A stretch of DNA of 64,000 bases from Amoebophrya sp. A120 (GCA_905178155.1 CAJINV010000010.1:2686587-2750586); one strand, 5' to 3'; numbered from the stretch's first letter, positions 49,319 to 62,929 are shown. Numbers and translations are program-made. Notes: a model not told the origin generated them from the letters alone.

Positions 49319-52300
49319 GTAAGAAAAAACTGCTCCCCGTCCTGCTTCTCAGACATTGTGTGTGGACACTATAAAGCAGCTACAACTACCACCATGAATG
49401 TATTGCTTTTGTCTTGCATGCAGCAGAAGCAAGAGCGGCAAGGAGCCTGCTCAGTGCAAGCAGTCTGCAATGCGTTTCAGCCTAAGTAGCACAACATCGG
49501 CAAGGCAGAAGCGTCTTTCATGCTCAATGCGCCGGCTACTACGTACCTAATCAGGCATGCGACCCCCTGGCACAAGACATACACACATCGGCACCGCAAG
49601 TCTTCCATTTTAGAACGGCTATGGCATTGGGGAAGCGCAGGGGAGAAGATGTTTCATTTTGAAATACTTGCGCCGACGTCGAGGCCTCTCTCACGGGCAA
49701 GAAGAGTATTTATTGTGGTAACGGATCCCCAAACTACTGCCTGCGGAAAGGCGCAAAAAACCTGGAAAAGGCTTAAGCGTTTTTCATTCGTGCGGCGCCA
49801 GTTTATGTAAGGAGCTAAATACGCCCACGGCGCGCCTGGGCAAAAGAAAACCAAATCAAAACATGAAGCAGCGACGCCGCCCTTGCTGTTGCTCTTTAGA
49901 CGAAAATAGATGGGTTCGCGATGAAACCCTTCAAGCTGCGAAATGTCTTGCAGAGGTCTGCCCGCTTTTTGTTTTTAATGAGCCAGAAGCGAGAGCGGGA
50001 AGCGCAAGCAGCCACACGGCGTTGCGTGCTGTGTTAGGACGTGCCCAGGCTAAGGAAGCAGGTAGCCCCGTGGGCGCCATTTCGGGTAAAATGTGCGTAA
50101 GCTTTAACCCGAAGCAGAGAACCTTAGCGAAAAAGCACACGTGGGCGCATCGGGCGCATGTACTGCAAAACCCGCGTCGAGAAGCTCTGGCTGAGCTTCG
50201 GCGGGGATTGAAGTAAGACAGAGGTCGCCGCCGACGCACTCGCCGTTGGGGCCTTATTTTTTTTGTTTGGCAGCGCGCTGCCGCGCCCGCGTAAGTAGTA
50301 GTGCCGGCGCCAGTGTGCTGCCTGCCCTTCTTTTCTTGGCACGCCCCTGCCTTGGGGGAGGAGGCCCGCCCGAAAGCCCTGCCTGCGCCCCCCCCCGGGC
50401 CGGGTGTGTGTGCTGTAGCGTGAGGAAAACCTGAAGAGGGCGCGCAGGCTTTCACTTCGTGCAACCGGCAGGCGCCGGAAGCCTATGGTGGGGCCTGCGA
50501 TAAAGCGCCTCGCGGATGATGTTCTTCCGGCTACCCCTGGAAAGTGGCTTTGATTCATTGTGTGGAGGCGCATTTTTTTCTGGAAGCAGTCCTCCAGGCC
50601 GCATGGTGGCGCGAAACAAAATGCAAAACCCGGAGGGCCGCTTGCTTGGCTTGTCACCCGGCGCCCGTAGCATGCAGAGCAGCGCCGGGCCAAATGCCCT
50701 TTCTAGTGGCAACGCCACCGGCGCACCAGCGCCCGTCCCCTTTTTTCCGTATCTGGCCGCGACCGCAGCTCCAGCCAGCAGCCTGCCCACAAGTGCAACC
50801 AACGTCCTGGCGCCGGCCGTGTGGCGTTTGCCCCGTTTTGTACAGTTGCCCGGGCGCCCGCGAAGGTTCCGGACGCACCCACGTCGGGCGTCGTTTGGGC
50901 GCCCACGCCCGTGTGGCCCCGGCCTTGCCAGCCTTTGTGTCACGCGCGGGCGCGAGGGCGTGCCCTGTGCTGATAATCCGGGCGGGCCCACCCGGGGAGC
51001 CCGGGTGGGAAGCTGGGCGCCGGCTTGCCGGCCGTGCGGTGCATACCATATATTTGTGGCGAAGCTGGGTGAGCCGCGCGAGCTCCAACCCCTGCATGCA
51101 GGCGCGCCCGTTCTTGATGTAAGTAGCTGCCACGCCGGTGCCTTACCGGTCTCTCTCCCTCTGCCTTACTTAGAGGGCCCGCATTCATTGGCGTGCGCGC
51201 GCCTCAAGAGACCCCGCCGTGCCGCTCAGTTATTGTGGAAGGCGGGCCTACCCGCCCCGCCCGCCCGGTGTCCGGCAGTCGGGTTCATTGGGATTCCGCT
51301 CCGCTTCACGCCGCAATCTCACTCACCGCCTGTTATTAGCTTTATGAGCTGCGGCGCCCGGAAGTATTTTCAAGCAATGACGCCCGCAGCCCCGCCCTCC
51401 GCCGGGTGAAAATTGGGGGTCCGTTACGCCAGCAGCCGACTTTCCTCGTCTATGTCTACGCCCCGCTGCCCGGGCCAGAGGTGTCCGCCTCGACCACTCA
51501 TTTCGACGACTACCACTTTCGTACTTTTTGCTGCACGTTCCAGACGTCGTGGGTCGTGCCCGCAATGCAGGTAGGCAGCGCGGCTCTAACGGCGACTGCC
51601 GCGGGTGCCATCTTTCTGGGGAAGATGAGGGCGAGGTCGAAGAAGTTGGCTCGTTCCAGCTCCGGGTTGGTGAAGCCCCCTTATGGTTGCCTCAGGTGTG
51701 CCAATCTCAAGTGCAGCGACAGAAGGCGATCGGCCTGCGACGAGGCAATTGCACTTGCAATGCAATGCTCAACGCAGCGCAGTGGTGATCTGTGGCCAGC
51801 GCGTTGTCTGTTTAGTTTGCCTTCCGGCAATTTTTTCGCCGCATAACAATACTACTGCGCACGCGCTCGCACGCATAGGGAAGTAACCCACTTTCTGAGC
51901 CCGCTCCAGATGGCGGGCGCCTATTTGTATTGGTGCCGAGGGGCGTAGGAGATGAAGACGCAATGCAATGCTTGCAACTGGTGCATGTTGGCCACAGATC
52001 AGGAGCACTTTCGCGATTGCCACGTCTGAGCAAATCATATGTGGCCGGCGGCCCAGTCTTTTCTGAAGCTGGGGTCTTCTGAACGGGTACAGGAGCAGCG
52101 CAAACATAAGTAGTTAATAGTGTACAACTACAAATAGTGCAAAGAGAAAGAGCTACTTTTTGCACTATCGGGCCCATGAGGTGAGTCCGCCTCGTTTTTT
52201 TTTGTCAAGCAGCCACAAGAAGCCTCAGTGTACTTTTCTGAGGAAGCACTTTATTTATGATCGAGCGAGTACGAGTTTTGAATATACTGAAAACGTCAAC

Positions 52301-54521
52301 ACTTTCCGTTGAAGCGAAGTTATCTTTCCCCCCGTCTTTGGCGATTTCTATCTTCAATGACCATGTCGATCCGGACGCCCACGCCATGAATTTCGGAGCT
52401 GCAGCTTTATGGTTTGTTTTACATATCGGCAGGGGAGCGGTGCATTTCGGTGGCGCCATGATTTATTTTTGACATAGATGAAGACCAGCAAGAGCAGCTG
52501 CACCTGACTCGGGCGACGGCGCAGCCAGAAGATGGCGTGTCTCTCTGAGCGTTGTGCTGCCGCTGTGTTGGGGCTAAAACTTAAATACGGGTAAGTATAT
52601 ATCCAAACACAATGATCTTCAAAATATATAGTTAGGAAATAACTACAGTTACTACAGGAGCACACAGCGAAGTTTTTATCTTGTATTTTCGTTCTCACAC
52701 TCACCAGGTAAATACTTATATTATACTTTAACTAAAATCGATGCCGTCCGGCCTTTGCATCCGATCGCAGTCTCTGAGTCGTTGTAGCGAGATAAAAAGT
52801 ACCAGCTACGAAGAACTGCATCACATCCAATTTTGTCCACTGGCCCTGCTCAGGATTTCGAGTTGCTGTTCATGTTCTCTGACACATGAAGCCGCCGCAG
52901 GCCCCAAACACCAAGGAGGCCCGGCAAAATCATTCTTCTTCGCCAGTTCGGCCCCAGCTACGCCGGGGTGCGGGTATTATTTAAAAATGGCCGGCCCCCT
53001 TACGCGTGTAAACCTTGGGCCGTGAGGCTCCGGCGGTGCGAAAATATCGAAAAAAAAAAAGGCGCCGCCGCAATACTATTTTTGAGACGGCCGCATGTTT
53101 TTAGCGCTACAGTGACCAAAGAACCAGCATCAGACCCAGAACATAAACGAAAACGCCCAAGCTCTTTGAAGAAGGTAACTGCCCACGGAGCAAGTAGTCA
53201 AAAGAGTCACTGTGACAGCGAGGAACTACAAGGGGCCAAAGAGATGATGAGCGAGGAGGTTTCTTGTTGATCATGATAACCTCCAGAAGCGGGTTGTATC
53301 TGTATGCTGCTAGCTGTTGCAAGTACTGTCTAAGTCACTGTAAGGTCCTTCAGAAAATGTGCAAGTGCTGTATGATTTTTTAAAATGCATGTTTGCGCAG
53401 TTGCGCAGTTGTTGTCTTCAGGAGCGTCTTAGACGGCATCCTCACAGAGCTGTTCATGATCTCGGAGCCGCGCATGTGTATTCTGGCTCTCTTTCAAATT
53501 CAATCGTCGCTTGTTCAACAAGTCGGTTCTACTTACTTGACAAGTGGTCGGAGGCTCTACTTACTCGACTCTCTTCCCCAAAGTAAAAAGTTGTTCGTTT
53601 GATTCGGTTTTCGTCGTCATGATCTGGACATAGATCATCTCACGGCATTGCCACTGCGGGGAGGACAACTCGAGTTTTGCCGATCATCACCGGGGGTTCG
53701 ACGAGAAAAATCCAACAGCCCGTAGTAGATTGATAGATTAAAAAATCTGGGTCCTCGTTCTATTCGTTCCGATCAAGTTGATGAAGTATTTTACTCTTCG
53801 TGGGACATCGTTCGAAAGTAGTACAAATTCCGGAGGTCGATGTCCTCTACTTTGTCGCACCAGTCGCAGGACTTTTGCTCAAGATGAACAAGAAAGCGTC
53901 GGTCGTGCTTAAAAATATTGGGAGAAAGAACACAACGTCGTTGTTCTGTTGGAACTACATACAATAACAATGACCAGAATTTTTATATCTTCATCTTGAA
54001 ATTCAAATTTTCACCACGCGGCGGTCGTGCGCCAGACCATGATCATGGTCTATACCAGTGCCGCGGTTTTTTCTTTCGACTAAAGTATAGTAATCTTCTT
54101 TGTTCCACCCTGCGACATCTAGTCCTTGAAGATCCACCTATTGTGTCTTGATTTCGGAGATATCTACGTATCATCACATAAAATTTATCTTTATGTGTCT
54201 ACTGAATATTTCATCCTGCACGACCTGTGCCTGTACTTACTACTACACCTACTCAACGGAAGCAACCAACAAGAACAATTACGGGTACTAGTAGTACACC
54301 CACTTCTCCGCGGCCTCGGCTTGGTGTGCGACTTCTTCGGAGCACCAGTGCAGCATGAGTTCTTCGATAGTTGTGCATGATCTACTTGCTTCGAAAGCGC
54401 AACGACGCACCAGGCGATTTGTAAATTGGTAGTTCACTTCACAACAGTCGTCGCCCAGCACAACATACACTAGAAGGTCAAGGTCGTCCCCAGCGAGGAC
54501 TAGATTACCTCCAACACCACT

Positions 54522-57500
54522 ATGAAGCGGCGGTCGAAGACCATGGGGGACCTGGGCCGGTCCAAAACCTCGAGCAGTGGCGCGGAGCTGGGCGGGGGTG
54601 CAGCTACGACTGGTGGAGCAGCCGCCCACCAGATCCTTGGCGACGCAAAAAAAGGCACGAGCACCAGCACTCGTCCAGTATCCTGTGCAAAAGTATCGTA
54701 CTCGTATAAATGCAAGTCTTGCACTTACAAATCTTGTTCCCAAGGCAAATCAGCATGACAAATTATATTTCTCATGCTGAGTAAATTTGTATATGCATTT
54801 ATACGAGTACGATACTTTTGCACTTCATATCCAGACTCTTCGGGCAACAAGGTCACGCTGCCTGATATGGAGTTCTCAAACGTTACATTCTCAACTGTTA
54901 CATGCTTTGTCATGCAAAATGACCATGAGCCACCAGACGATCAAGCTGCGTCGCATGACAAATTCTCGGAGGGCTAAACAGTGTGTAAATCCGCACCAGA
55001 TCTGTCATGCAAGACGCGCAAGCTCTCCCTTTCAGTTTTGCCATTCTTGCATCACAAATTCATGTAACAGTTGAGGATGTAACAGCTGAGAACGCCATGC
55101 CTGAGATCCGGATCCTGCCTGGTATCCGGGAGCGCATGCAGTATCCAGACGGACACCCGCGAGTAAGTATGAACGATGAAGACACCATGGACGCCTTTCG
55201 CCGGACCTTGAATCGCTTGGAAAAGTCGAATATGCAATGCAAAAGTATCGTACTAGTAGTAATTGAATTACAAATTGTCTCAGCATGACAAATAGAAATT
55301 TGTCATGCTGATTTGCCGGGAGAACGAGATTTGTAATGCAAGATTTGCATATTAATTCATTTTCATGCGTTACGAGTGCGATACTTTTGCACAGGATATC
55401 AAAGTCCGTGTGCGAGGAGCTCGAAGCACATGCCAAGAAGAAAATCACCAAACGGAGTTTCAGCACCATGGGCGGACAATCGACAGGTGGAACGTTTTCA
55501 CCCTCTCCGCTGGCGAGTCCCGGGGGCGGTCAGCACATGAGCCGGGCGCACACAACCGCTAACTTCATGACGACGGGGAAAACAAGCACCAGCAGTGCAT
55601 CAAATACAAATGCTGGAGCAGGTGCAGGACCAGCGACAGAGGCAACCATGTCTTCAACCTTCGCGCCGACGTCCAGCAGTACGACCCTCGGCGCAACGGA
55701 CGTCAGTGCAGCTCCTCCAGCGGGAGCAGCTTTTAATACAAATAGTACCGGGGGGAGCAATTTTAATGTAGCGGCCTCTGCAACGTCGACAGCATCGAGC
55801 TTTCCGGCCTTCCGTACGACGGTAGCCTCGGATTTTCTAAACAACCCGGAAATTTTCGAGGGCTACAAAAAGGATCTGGACTTTCCGAAGAACGAAAAGG
55901 TAAATCACAACGCCGACTATACCAACGACCGGGCGCGCTACCTGATGCTGATATCCAGGAAAAAAACATTGTAGGTGTAACTTTCTTGGAGGATTAGCAT
56001 GACAAATATCTCTCGCATGACAGCAAAAAACTGCCATGCGCAGATAGTACCGGAAAACGCCGTTGAATGGGCCCTGCGATGCACGCCAAGCATGACAGAC
56101 GCAATCATCTTGCATGTTGCGCATCACAAATTTACTCCCGCAGAGGGAGCGAAAGAGCACGGCCCGAGCGAGTGAAACTGTCTCGATTTGCGTGAAAGGG
56201 TCCCGAAAATGAAACGCGCAGCGCTCCCCGGAATCGATTCAAATAAAACGCGAACGCCTGCCGGGGCGGTTGGCAAAAGAAAGACAGGGAAGCGGCCAGA
56301 GGCCGGCGCCCTGGGGACGGCGACGGCCCTCCCGGCGCCTGCGCTCCCAGACCGTGACAAATAGCAGGCAAAGTGGCCGCCGCAGCCGGCTCTATCAATC
56401 TTCCTTGTGCCCGTGCCGCGGCCGCTGCGTAGTTGTGTTGCTCTGAGTTTCATTTCGCGCCGCCCCGCGGGAATTTGCGTGGCCCTGGGCGAGCGGGCCG
56501 GACGCCCGTGGTAGAGGGCGCCGAGCCTCCGCGCCCTTGCCTGGTCGCTGCGCCTTTGCCAACCAGATCGGGCCCCAGTCGCGGTAAATTATAAAAATTC
56601 AGGGCGTGACTTTAAAAAATCCCGCAGAGGACTTGCGCTGCGAAAAAAAATTTGGCGCGGATGGTGGGAGTTTCTGCAATTTCCGCGCTGCCTATCGTCC
56701 TGCTTGGTTTCCGGGCGTGCCTTTGGGCGTGGTGGGAGGGCCTTTGGGATGGTCCGCGTTTTGTTTGGGGTATGCCGGGCCCTGCGGTGTCCTGCGTTTC
56801 TTATCCTGTGGGATTCTTCCGCGCCCGGTGTGGGGTTAGTTGTTGCCGGCCGCCGGCCGACCGGCTTTTCTTCCGGGATTTGGTCAGGCAGACAGGCCCG
56901 GGCGAATCCCCGCCCTAATTGCAGACTAAAAATTTGCTAAATTGAACCGGCGCCCGGGCCCCGGCAGGCTTTGGGGTTTTCCGTGTTTTCAAGGCCCAGC
57001 GCAGTCGCGCGGCCCGCTCTTCTCCGGGTTTCCAGCTTTGGGGGCAGGGCCGCACGTTCGGCGGCCTGCCGGACAGCGGGCAAGGCGCCCGTCTTGCGGG
57101 TATTTTTTGGCACGGGCCTGTTGGTTTGTCTCTGTGGGGTCCGGCTGGGGCATTTCGGCCCTTGCCGGGGCAGGGTTCCGAGTCCGCTAAATTAGTCCGC
57201 TAACTGGGTCACAAATTTTCAGAAAAGTGCCCAGAACGCTGTTGCTAATCTGCCCTTTAATAGTCTGCTAAAATTTTGGAGGTGTCTGCTAACCTGCCCC
57301 GCTAACCCGACTGCTAATTGTCATCTAATTGGGGCCTCGGGTCTGCTAGCGGGGGAAAGTAGGGAAAACCAATGCGATTTCGCTGGTGTTCAGGCAGTGT
57401 CCGAACATCAGGGAAATCGCATTGGTTTTTTGCCTTGCTCAGTTCGGGGGGGCCCAGTTAGCAGACATATTAGCAGACACTTTTTCGGAAGCCGAAAAAA

Positions 57501-60500
57501 ATTAGAACCCAATTAAAGGGCCGATTAGCAGAGGGGGTTTTGAAATTCCCTGAGGCGTTTAGCAGACTCACGCAGGGGGGTCGGAGGGGGTGAATTAGCA
57601 GACAAATTAGCAGGCCTGCCGTCGGGGTTGGGCCTCATGTGGTCGAGATTGGGTTATCATGATCGGGCGCGCGGGTCGTCGGTCGTGTTCTCGCTGGCCG
57701 GCTTTGGGGGTTCGTTTTTCTTCGTTGCCTGAATTGCGCCGAGCGAAATGATTGCACCTCGTCGCCCGTCCTCGTTGGTAAGTTTCTTTCTGCCGTGTTT
57801 GCGGCGAAAGTTTCCGGCTTTGGGGGATTTGCAGATTAGCAATTTTTTAGCCTGCAATTAACATCATTAGGTCGCCCGGGCCTGTCTTCCTGAATTTGGA
57901 ACGCGGAGCCGGGTACTTTTACGACAAAAAACTGCATGGATTACGACAAGAATTTTGAAAAAGTTTCAAAAAATTCTAAAAAAACTGCCGCTGGAAAAAC
58001 ATGAGGAAAATCGAAGCCCTATGGTCCGGCTTTCTGCCGTTTTTATTTTTTTCGTAATTTCGGCAGACCTTTAATTTTAAAAGATCAGCTGCAATTTTTA
58101 TTGCACCTGATGCACGTACGAAACGCAGGGAAACGACGCAAAAAACCCGGAGGGTGGTGCTGTCGCTTCGCGTGATCCAGCCCGTGACCCACCGCCCAGA
58201 GCCGGCGCGTTTGGCGCGATGGGTCGCAGTTCTTATCTCGATGAGCCGCCCGGCTTGTTCTTCTCCCTTTCGGGGCTCCCATTTTTCGCCCTCGGCTGTG
58301 TTTTCCCCTGTGTGTGGGCTTTCGCGGCCCATGACTCGGCTCGGGATCTTTTGCGACCGTGTTTCGCCGCCTTGGTAATTTTTAAAATCTAATCCGGGCC
58401 CCTTGGCGGTCGATCTGGTTGGCCTTTGCCGTGGTTGGCGCGCTGCCCTGCGTTGCATTTCGCGCCGCCCCGCGGGAATTCGTCTGGCCCTGGGCGAGCG
58501 GGCCGGGCGCCAGTGGTAGGGGGCGCCGAGTCTCCGCGCCCTGGTCTGGCCGCTGTGTCCTTGCGTTCGTTGGTTGGTTCGTGTTTCTGAGTTGCATGTC
58601 GCGCCGCCCCGCGGGAATTTGCCTGGCCATAGGCGAGCGGGCCGGGCGCCAGTGGTAGACTAGAGGGCGCCGAGTTTCCGTGCCCTCGCTCGCCTGGCCG
58701 CTGCGTCTTACTTTTCGCTGGGTGGTTCGTATGTAGTGAAGTCACCAAACGGCTCCGCGAAAAACGAACGGGGAGTGGTCATATACCGTGAAAAACGAAC
58801 GCAGGCTTTCAATCGGCAGAAAGTGGCTTTGAACATAAAGAGTTTCCGTTTGTCAATCGGCTCTGGCTGACCTGGCACCGAATCCATCGCCGCCGGCCCG
58901 GCGGATTCCATCGGTCGCCGATCTAAAAAACGACGCAGAGGAGCCAGCAAAAGGGGCGCCATTCTGAGGCGCCTGGCGCACCTAATTCCGCCGATTTGGG
59001 GCGCCCAATAAGGGGCGCCGAAAAAGTGCGAAGATGGCAAAGGCTTCGGATCCGCGTGCTATGTGCACCATTTTTGGCTCCTTTTCGAGGTCGCAGAGAC
59101 GGCTAACAAGGTCGAGCACTTGTAATGTGGAGAGCAATCCAAGGCGCGCGACTTTTCAACAAAAAAAACAAACAAAAGCGGAAAGCTCGCCAAAATCTTA
59201 AAGCCAATTCGCATGCTATGGGCCCGATTTGGGGCGCCCAGGGGGCCGGGCTTGGTAGGGGCCCTTGCGTGGCTATAGCACGCGGGAAAGCGTTTCGATT
59301 CAGGGGGCGGCGGGGGCATGGCTTTTCCACAAAAAAAACCAAAGGACGCAAACCCCGCCAAAAGCAGCAGGCCAGCCCGCATGCTATGGGCCCGATTTCG
59401 GGGGCCCAGAGGGCCGACCCTGGCGGAGGCCCTTGTGGGGCCATAGCATGTGGGAAAGCGTTTCTCCTCTGAAAAGAGCAAAAAGACCCGGCGTCGTCCA
59501 GTCTGTTAGAAAAAACCCGCGCGACCTCACTACCCCCGCCTCGGCGGCTATATTTGGCAGCCCTGAGCTGCATGCCGCGCCGCCCCGCGGGAAAGAAGTT
59601 GCCTTGTCATGTCGTATTCGGTCGAGCCGAAGACGAGGCGCAAAAGAATCGAAATGGTGGCGCCCAATTACGAAAGGCCGGAAAAGTGCACCAAAATAGT
59701 GCGGCCAGGGTTTCTCGCGTGATTTCGCGCCAGCTGCTTCGGTTTCGATCGGCCCCGGGCACGTCAGTGCCATGCCCGAAGTAAGGTTTGCGCCGGTTTA
59801 GCCAATGACGAACGTCGAGAGACAAAGGAGAAAGGCTTGAGCGCTACAACCCGCGCACTCGCTTGCCGCCTTCTTCGCGCGCGGGCGATGGACTGCGCCC
59901 CATTTCGACACGCTTGCGCCTTTATTAGGCCTAGCGAGCGCGTGTTGGCCAGCTGTTTCGCTACCGCTCCAACATGGGGCACCGGTGTAGTTTGGATCGC
60001 AATGCAAGCGCATTCCGCTGCTTTTTGCGCTGTTAGGGCGTTTTTTCTGCCCCTTCGACGCTTGCTAATAGACTTGGCGAGACCCTTGCGCTTTTGGCTC
60101 GTTTGATTATCAGCCGCGCCGGCTTCCCTTGTTTTTCGCCGCTTAATGATGAAAGGCAGGACAAGTGCAGCAACATGGTGCGCCTGAAGATTTTTCGCGG
60201 GCGTGATTTCGCGCCAGAAGCTTTGGCTACGGTTCTGGATACGCCAGCACCAGGCCCGGCCTTATTTAAAAAGCCCGGCGAATATCCGCGGAGCTTTTTC
60301 GTCGTGTTCTCTATGATTTGCAGCGTTTTTTGTGGTTTTTGCCATCGTTTTGACGTTTTTGATCTGATTTCTGCACCATTTTGCGCGTTTTGAAGCAAAG
60401 AAGTCCGCTTTCGGGGTCATTTTGCACCGTTTCGCAAACTATTGACGCAATTTGCGCGCATTTTCATCCATTTGCACCAAAAAAAGGCAAGCTTTGCGCG

Positions 60501-62436
60501 TTTTCGTGCTTTTTGATTCGCTTTTGCGGCCATTTTGCTGCTTTTGTTATTGTACTAAGCCAAAACAGTGCCACTTTTGCCCGTTTGCTGTGCTACTGGC
60601 TTCATTTGTTGCGTTTTTGACTAATTTGATGCGTTTTCGGCGTCATTTTGCACGATTTCGCATGCTATTGACCTAATTTGCGCGCATTTTGCCCCATTTG
60701 ATGCACAAAAACGCGAGCCCGAGCCGCGACAATTTGCGAAATCCCGGCGAATATTCGCGGACTTTTTCTCGTCGCATTTTCCCCAATTTGGAGCGTTTTT
60801 TGTGGCTTTTGCCATCGTTTTGTCTTTTTTGCATCGATTTTTGCACCATTTTGCGCGTTTTGGAACGACAAAAATTCAGCGATTTTCGGTTCGTGTCTTG
60901 CATGTTTCGTAACATAATTTATAAGATTTACACTAACAACTTTTTTTTCTTGGATAGCTGAAGCGGCGGAAACAGTTGTTACTCAAGAAGCGGCAGCAGC
61001 TTTTGCTCAAGCAGAATGCGCATCACAAGTACACCACGGTGGAAGATGTGGAGGCTGCAGTGCGCCTGGAGTCGGACGAGTTCCACGCCTCAGTAGACGC
61101 GCAGGAAGAAGAGATCCAGGGGGGCAAGGGAAGTAGCGGCAGTCCGCGAGCTATCGAAAGGAAAAATCCCCCCTCCCCATATCGAAAACGAAATTTGTGA
61201 TGCTGTATTTGAGGTCACAAATCAGATTTGTCTTGCTGGCGAGGACTGCAGGCCCATATCAGGCCTGAGTAGACAAGTTTTGGCCTAGGCGCTTAGCATG
61301 GCAGACGTCTACGCAGTAGGAGCAACAGCATGACAAACCGCCTGTAGAATGTGGCGGAGCCTGTAGACTTGCCTTCATGCAATACAGCGACGATTTGTGG
61401 TCTCAAATCTGCATCACAAATTTTCAGAAGTGTCCCGGTTTGGTATGGGGAGGGGGGATTTTTCCTCACAATACGAACAAAGGGCTCCCCTGGAGGCGGT
61501 GGGAGTAGAACACCAAATAGCCCGGGTGGCGGAGGTCAGAAAGACGCGATTCCGGAAATTCTGCCCATTTCCCCCAAGGAGGAGAAGGTGCTGCTCGTGG
61601 TTTTTACATGTAGTTATTACATAGATGCCTCACTTCACTCATGCTCGAGTCGTGTTTTTACCACGTGATCCTAATCCTATGTCTACGTCAAGCGTGCCGA
61701 GTTGTACCTACGTAAAAATTTGTTGCACACAGACTGGTCGTGATCCAGCGCAAGTAGTTGTAGTTGCACTGCAAAAATAAAGAGACCGCACGAGCCTTGT
61801 TTATTTCGACAAAATGAAAATTGTAAAACAGGTTCAATCTGTCGGGCAATCGCAGCAGGAGGCCGCGCGCGCGCTGCTGCGCGACCAGCCGCAGGCCTTT
61901 GGGCTGGCGTTGAGCAACATGGCAAAGGAGCTGAGGCGCATCGACATCGCGAATCTGCGGGAACTTCTGCCGGCCTTTGTGGTGACCGAGCAAGTAGTCA
62001 ACGAAACGACAATATGCACTGCAAATATGTCTGGGTCTGGAAGGATGCAACTTGTGATGCTACCTTTGGACTCTACATAAAATCTGTATTGCATGAACAG
62101 CAAAAGAGGCGCAATTTGTGCTATGCCGAGAGGGCATTTCTCATGCGGTATGAGAATCAGAGAGCCCTCACAGAATCTCCGCAGCTCGGGCATGCATCAC
62201 AGCCTCCCTGGGTCATGGAAAATCTGCATGACAAACTTCTGCATTCTTCCAGACTCAGACATTTTTGCGAATCATAGACAAAGTCTTTCGAGAACAAGAT
62301 CGATCCGCAATTTTCGCCGCCTGTGCAGCATCGGGAAACAACCGTGGTTGAATCACACAATCATGAAAAGATGCGGAGCAGCAAGGTTGCAACGTTCCGG
62401 GCGCCGGCGAAGAAGCGAGAGTTTTTTAAGGTATAA
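54522..62436 (+). CDS. Multi-exon hypothetical protein; one intron is 5 kb
   Basis: In-frame joins include ARYLML-KRRKQLLLKK across 55952-60956. Probable canonical GT-AG intron at 61588-61831. Confidence 0.55.
54679..54829. mobile_element. Introner family B
   Basis: Family B TIRs; TSD tccag. Confidence 0.93.
54866..55099. mobile_element. Introner family F
   Basis: Family F TIRs (right end atg); TSD cctga. Confidence 0.92.
55231..55398. mobile_element. Introner family B
   Basis: Family B TIRs; TSD tcgaa/tcaaa. Confidence 0.9.
55952..60956. mobile_element. Introner family C expanded by a 4.8-kb insertion
   Basis: Both ends match the 8255-8463 copy; TSD gctga. Confidence 0.92.
56136..60925. 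mobile_element. Unclassified non-coding insertion flanked by a 6-bp direct repeat (atttac)
   Basis: atttac at 56130-56135 and 60926-60931 interrupts the family C consensus. Internal repeats, no TIR, no convincing ORF. Confidence 0.75.
61152..61473. mobile_element. Introner family D
   Basis: Family D TIRs; TSD cgagc/cgaac. Confidence 0.92.
62013..62276. mobile_element. Introner family A
   Basis: Family A TIRs; TSD gacaa. Confidence 0.93.
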
Positions 62437-62634
62437 TACACAGTCTCTAACTTAAACTTGAAGGTTATCTTTCTTCCATAGCGTAAGCGTATCCCATTTT
62501 TGCATCGAAGATGAGAATAAAAGTGAATGAAACAAATAAAATCACTATAAGTCGATTCATTTTTCTCCCGAATCCCTGTGTTTAGCAATGGGTATTCTGG
62601 CCACCCTACTTTGTACTTTGCTACTTTCCCAATC

Positions 62635-62929
62635 GCGCGGCTAGCACAACTGGAAGTGCGCTCGGCTGGGCTCTCTGACCACGCGTGTGTGGCGGAGGCT
62701 CCTCGGCTCTGCGGCACACCACCAAGTGGTCCCTCCAGAACGGAAGGAAGGAGGTTCAGGGTTGTGCTGGGAACAACGCAACAGTTCCCAGGCACTAGCC
62801 TGGGAGAGCGGCCAGGAGATCCATTCAAAAGCTCTACCATCCAAGCGGCTTCGCCCGCAGGCGGCTTCGACCGCGGACGGTCTGGCGGGTTCTGGCTGAG
62901 AGGTCCGGGTTCGAATCCCGGAACGCGCG
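62635..62929 (+). ncRNA. tRNA-like Pol III RNA with a 230-nt structured insert replacing the anticodon loop
   Basis: D-arm gcac-aactggaa-gtgc; anticodon stem ctcgg/ctgag; T-arm ccggg-ttcgaat-cccgg; acceptor gcgcg/cgcgc with 2 mismatches; T5 terminator at 62933. Confidence 0.65.

Noticed and set aside
49931-51846. Long overlapping GC-rich ORFs (up to 297 aa), likewise in 36093-37144 and 56100-60900
   Set aside because: Open on several frames because of high GC, with Arg/Ala/Pro-rich composition and no motifs.
62635-62929. Ordinary tRNA-Pro(GGG), SRP RNA, RNase P/MRP or telomerase RNA
   Set aside because: No 7-nt anticodon loop and a mismatched acceptor; no SRP helix 8 AGCA motif, no clear P4 pseudoknot, no CCCTAAA template.
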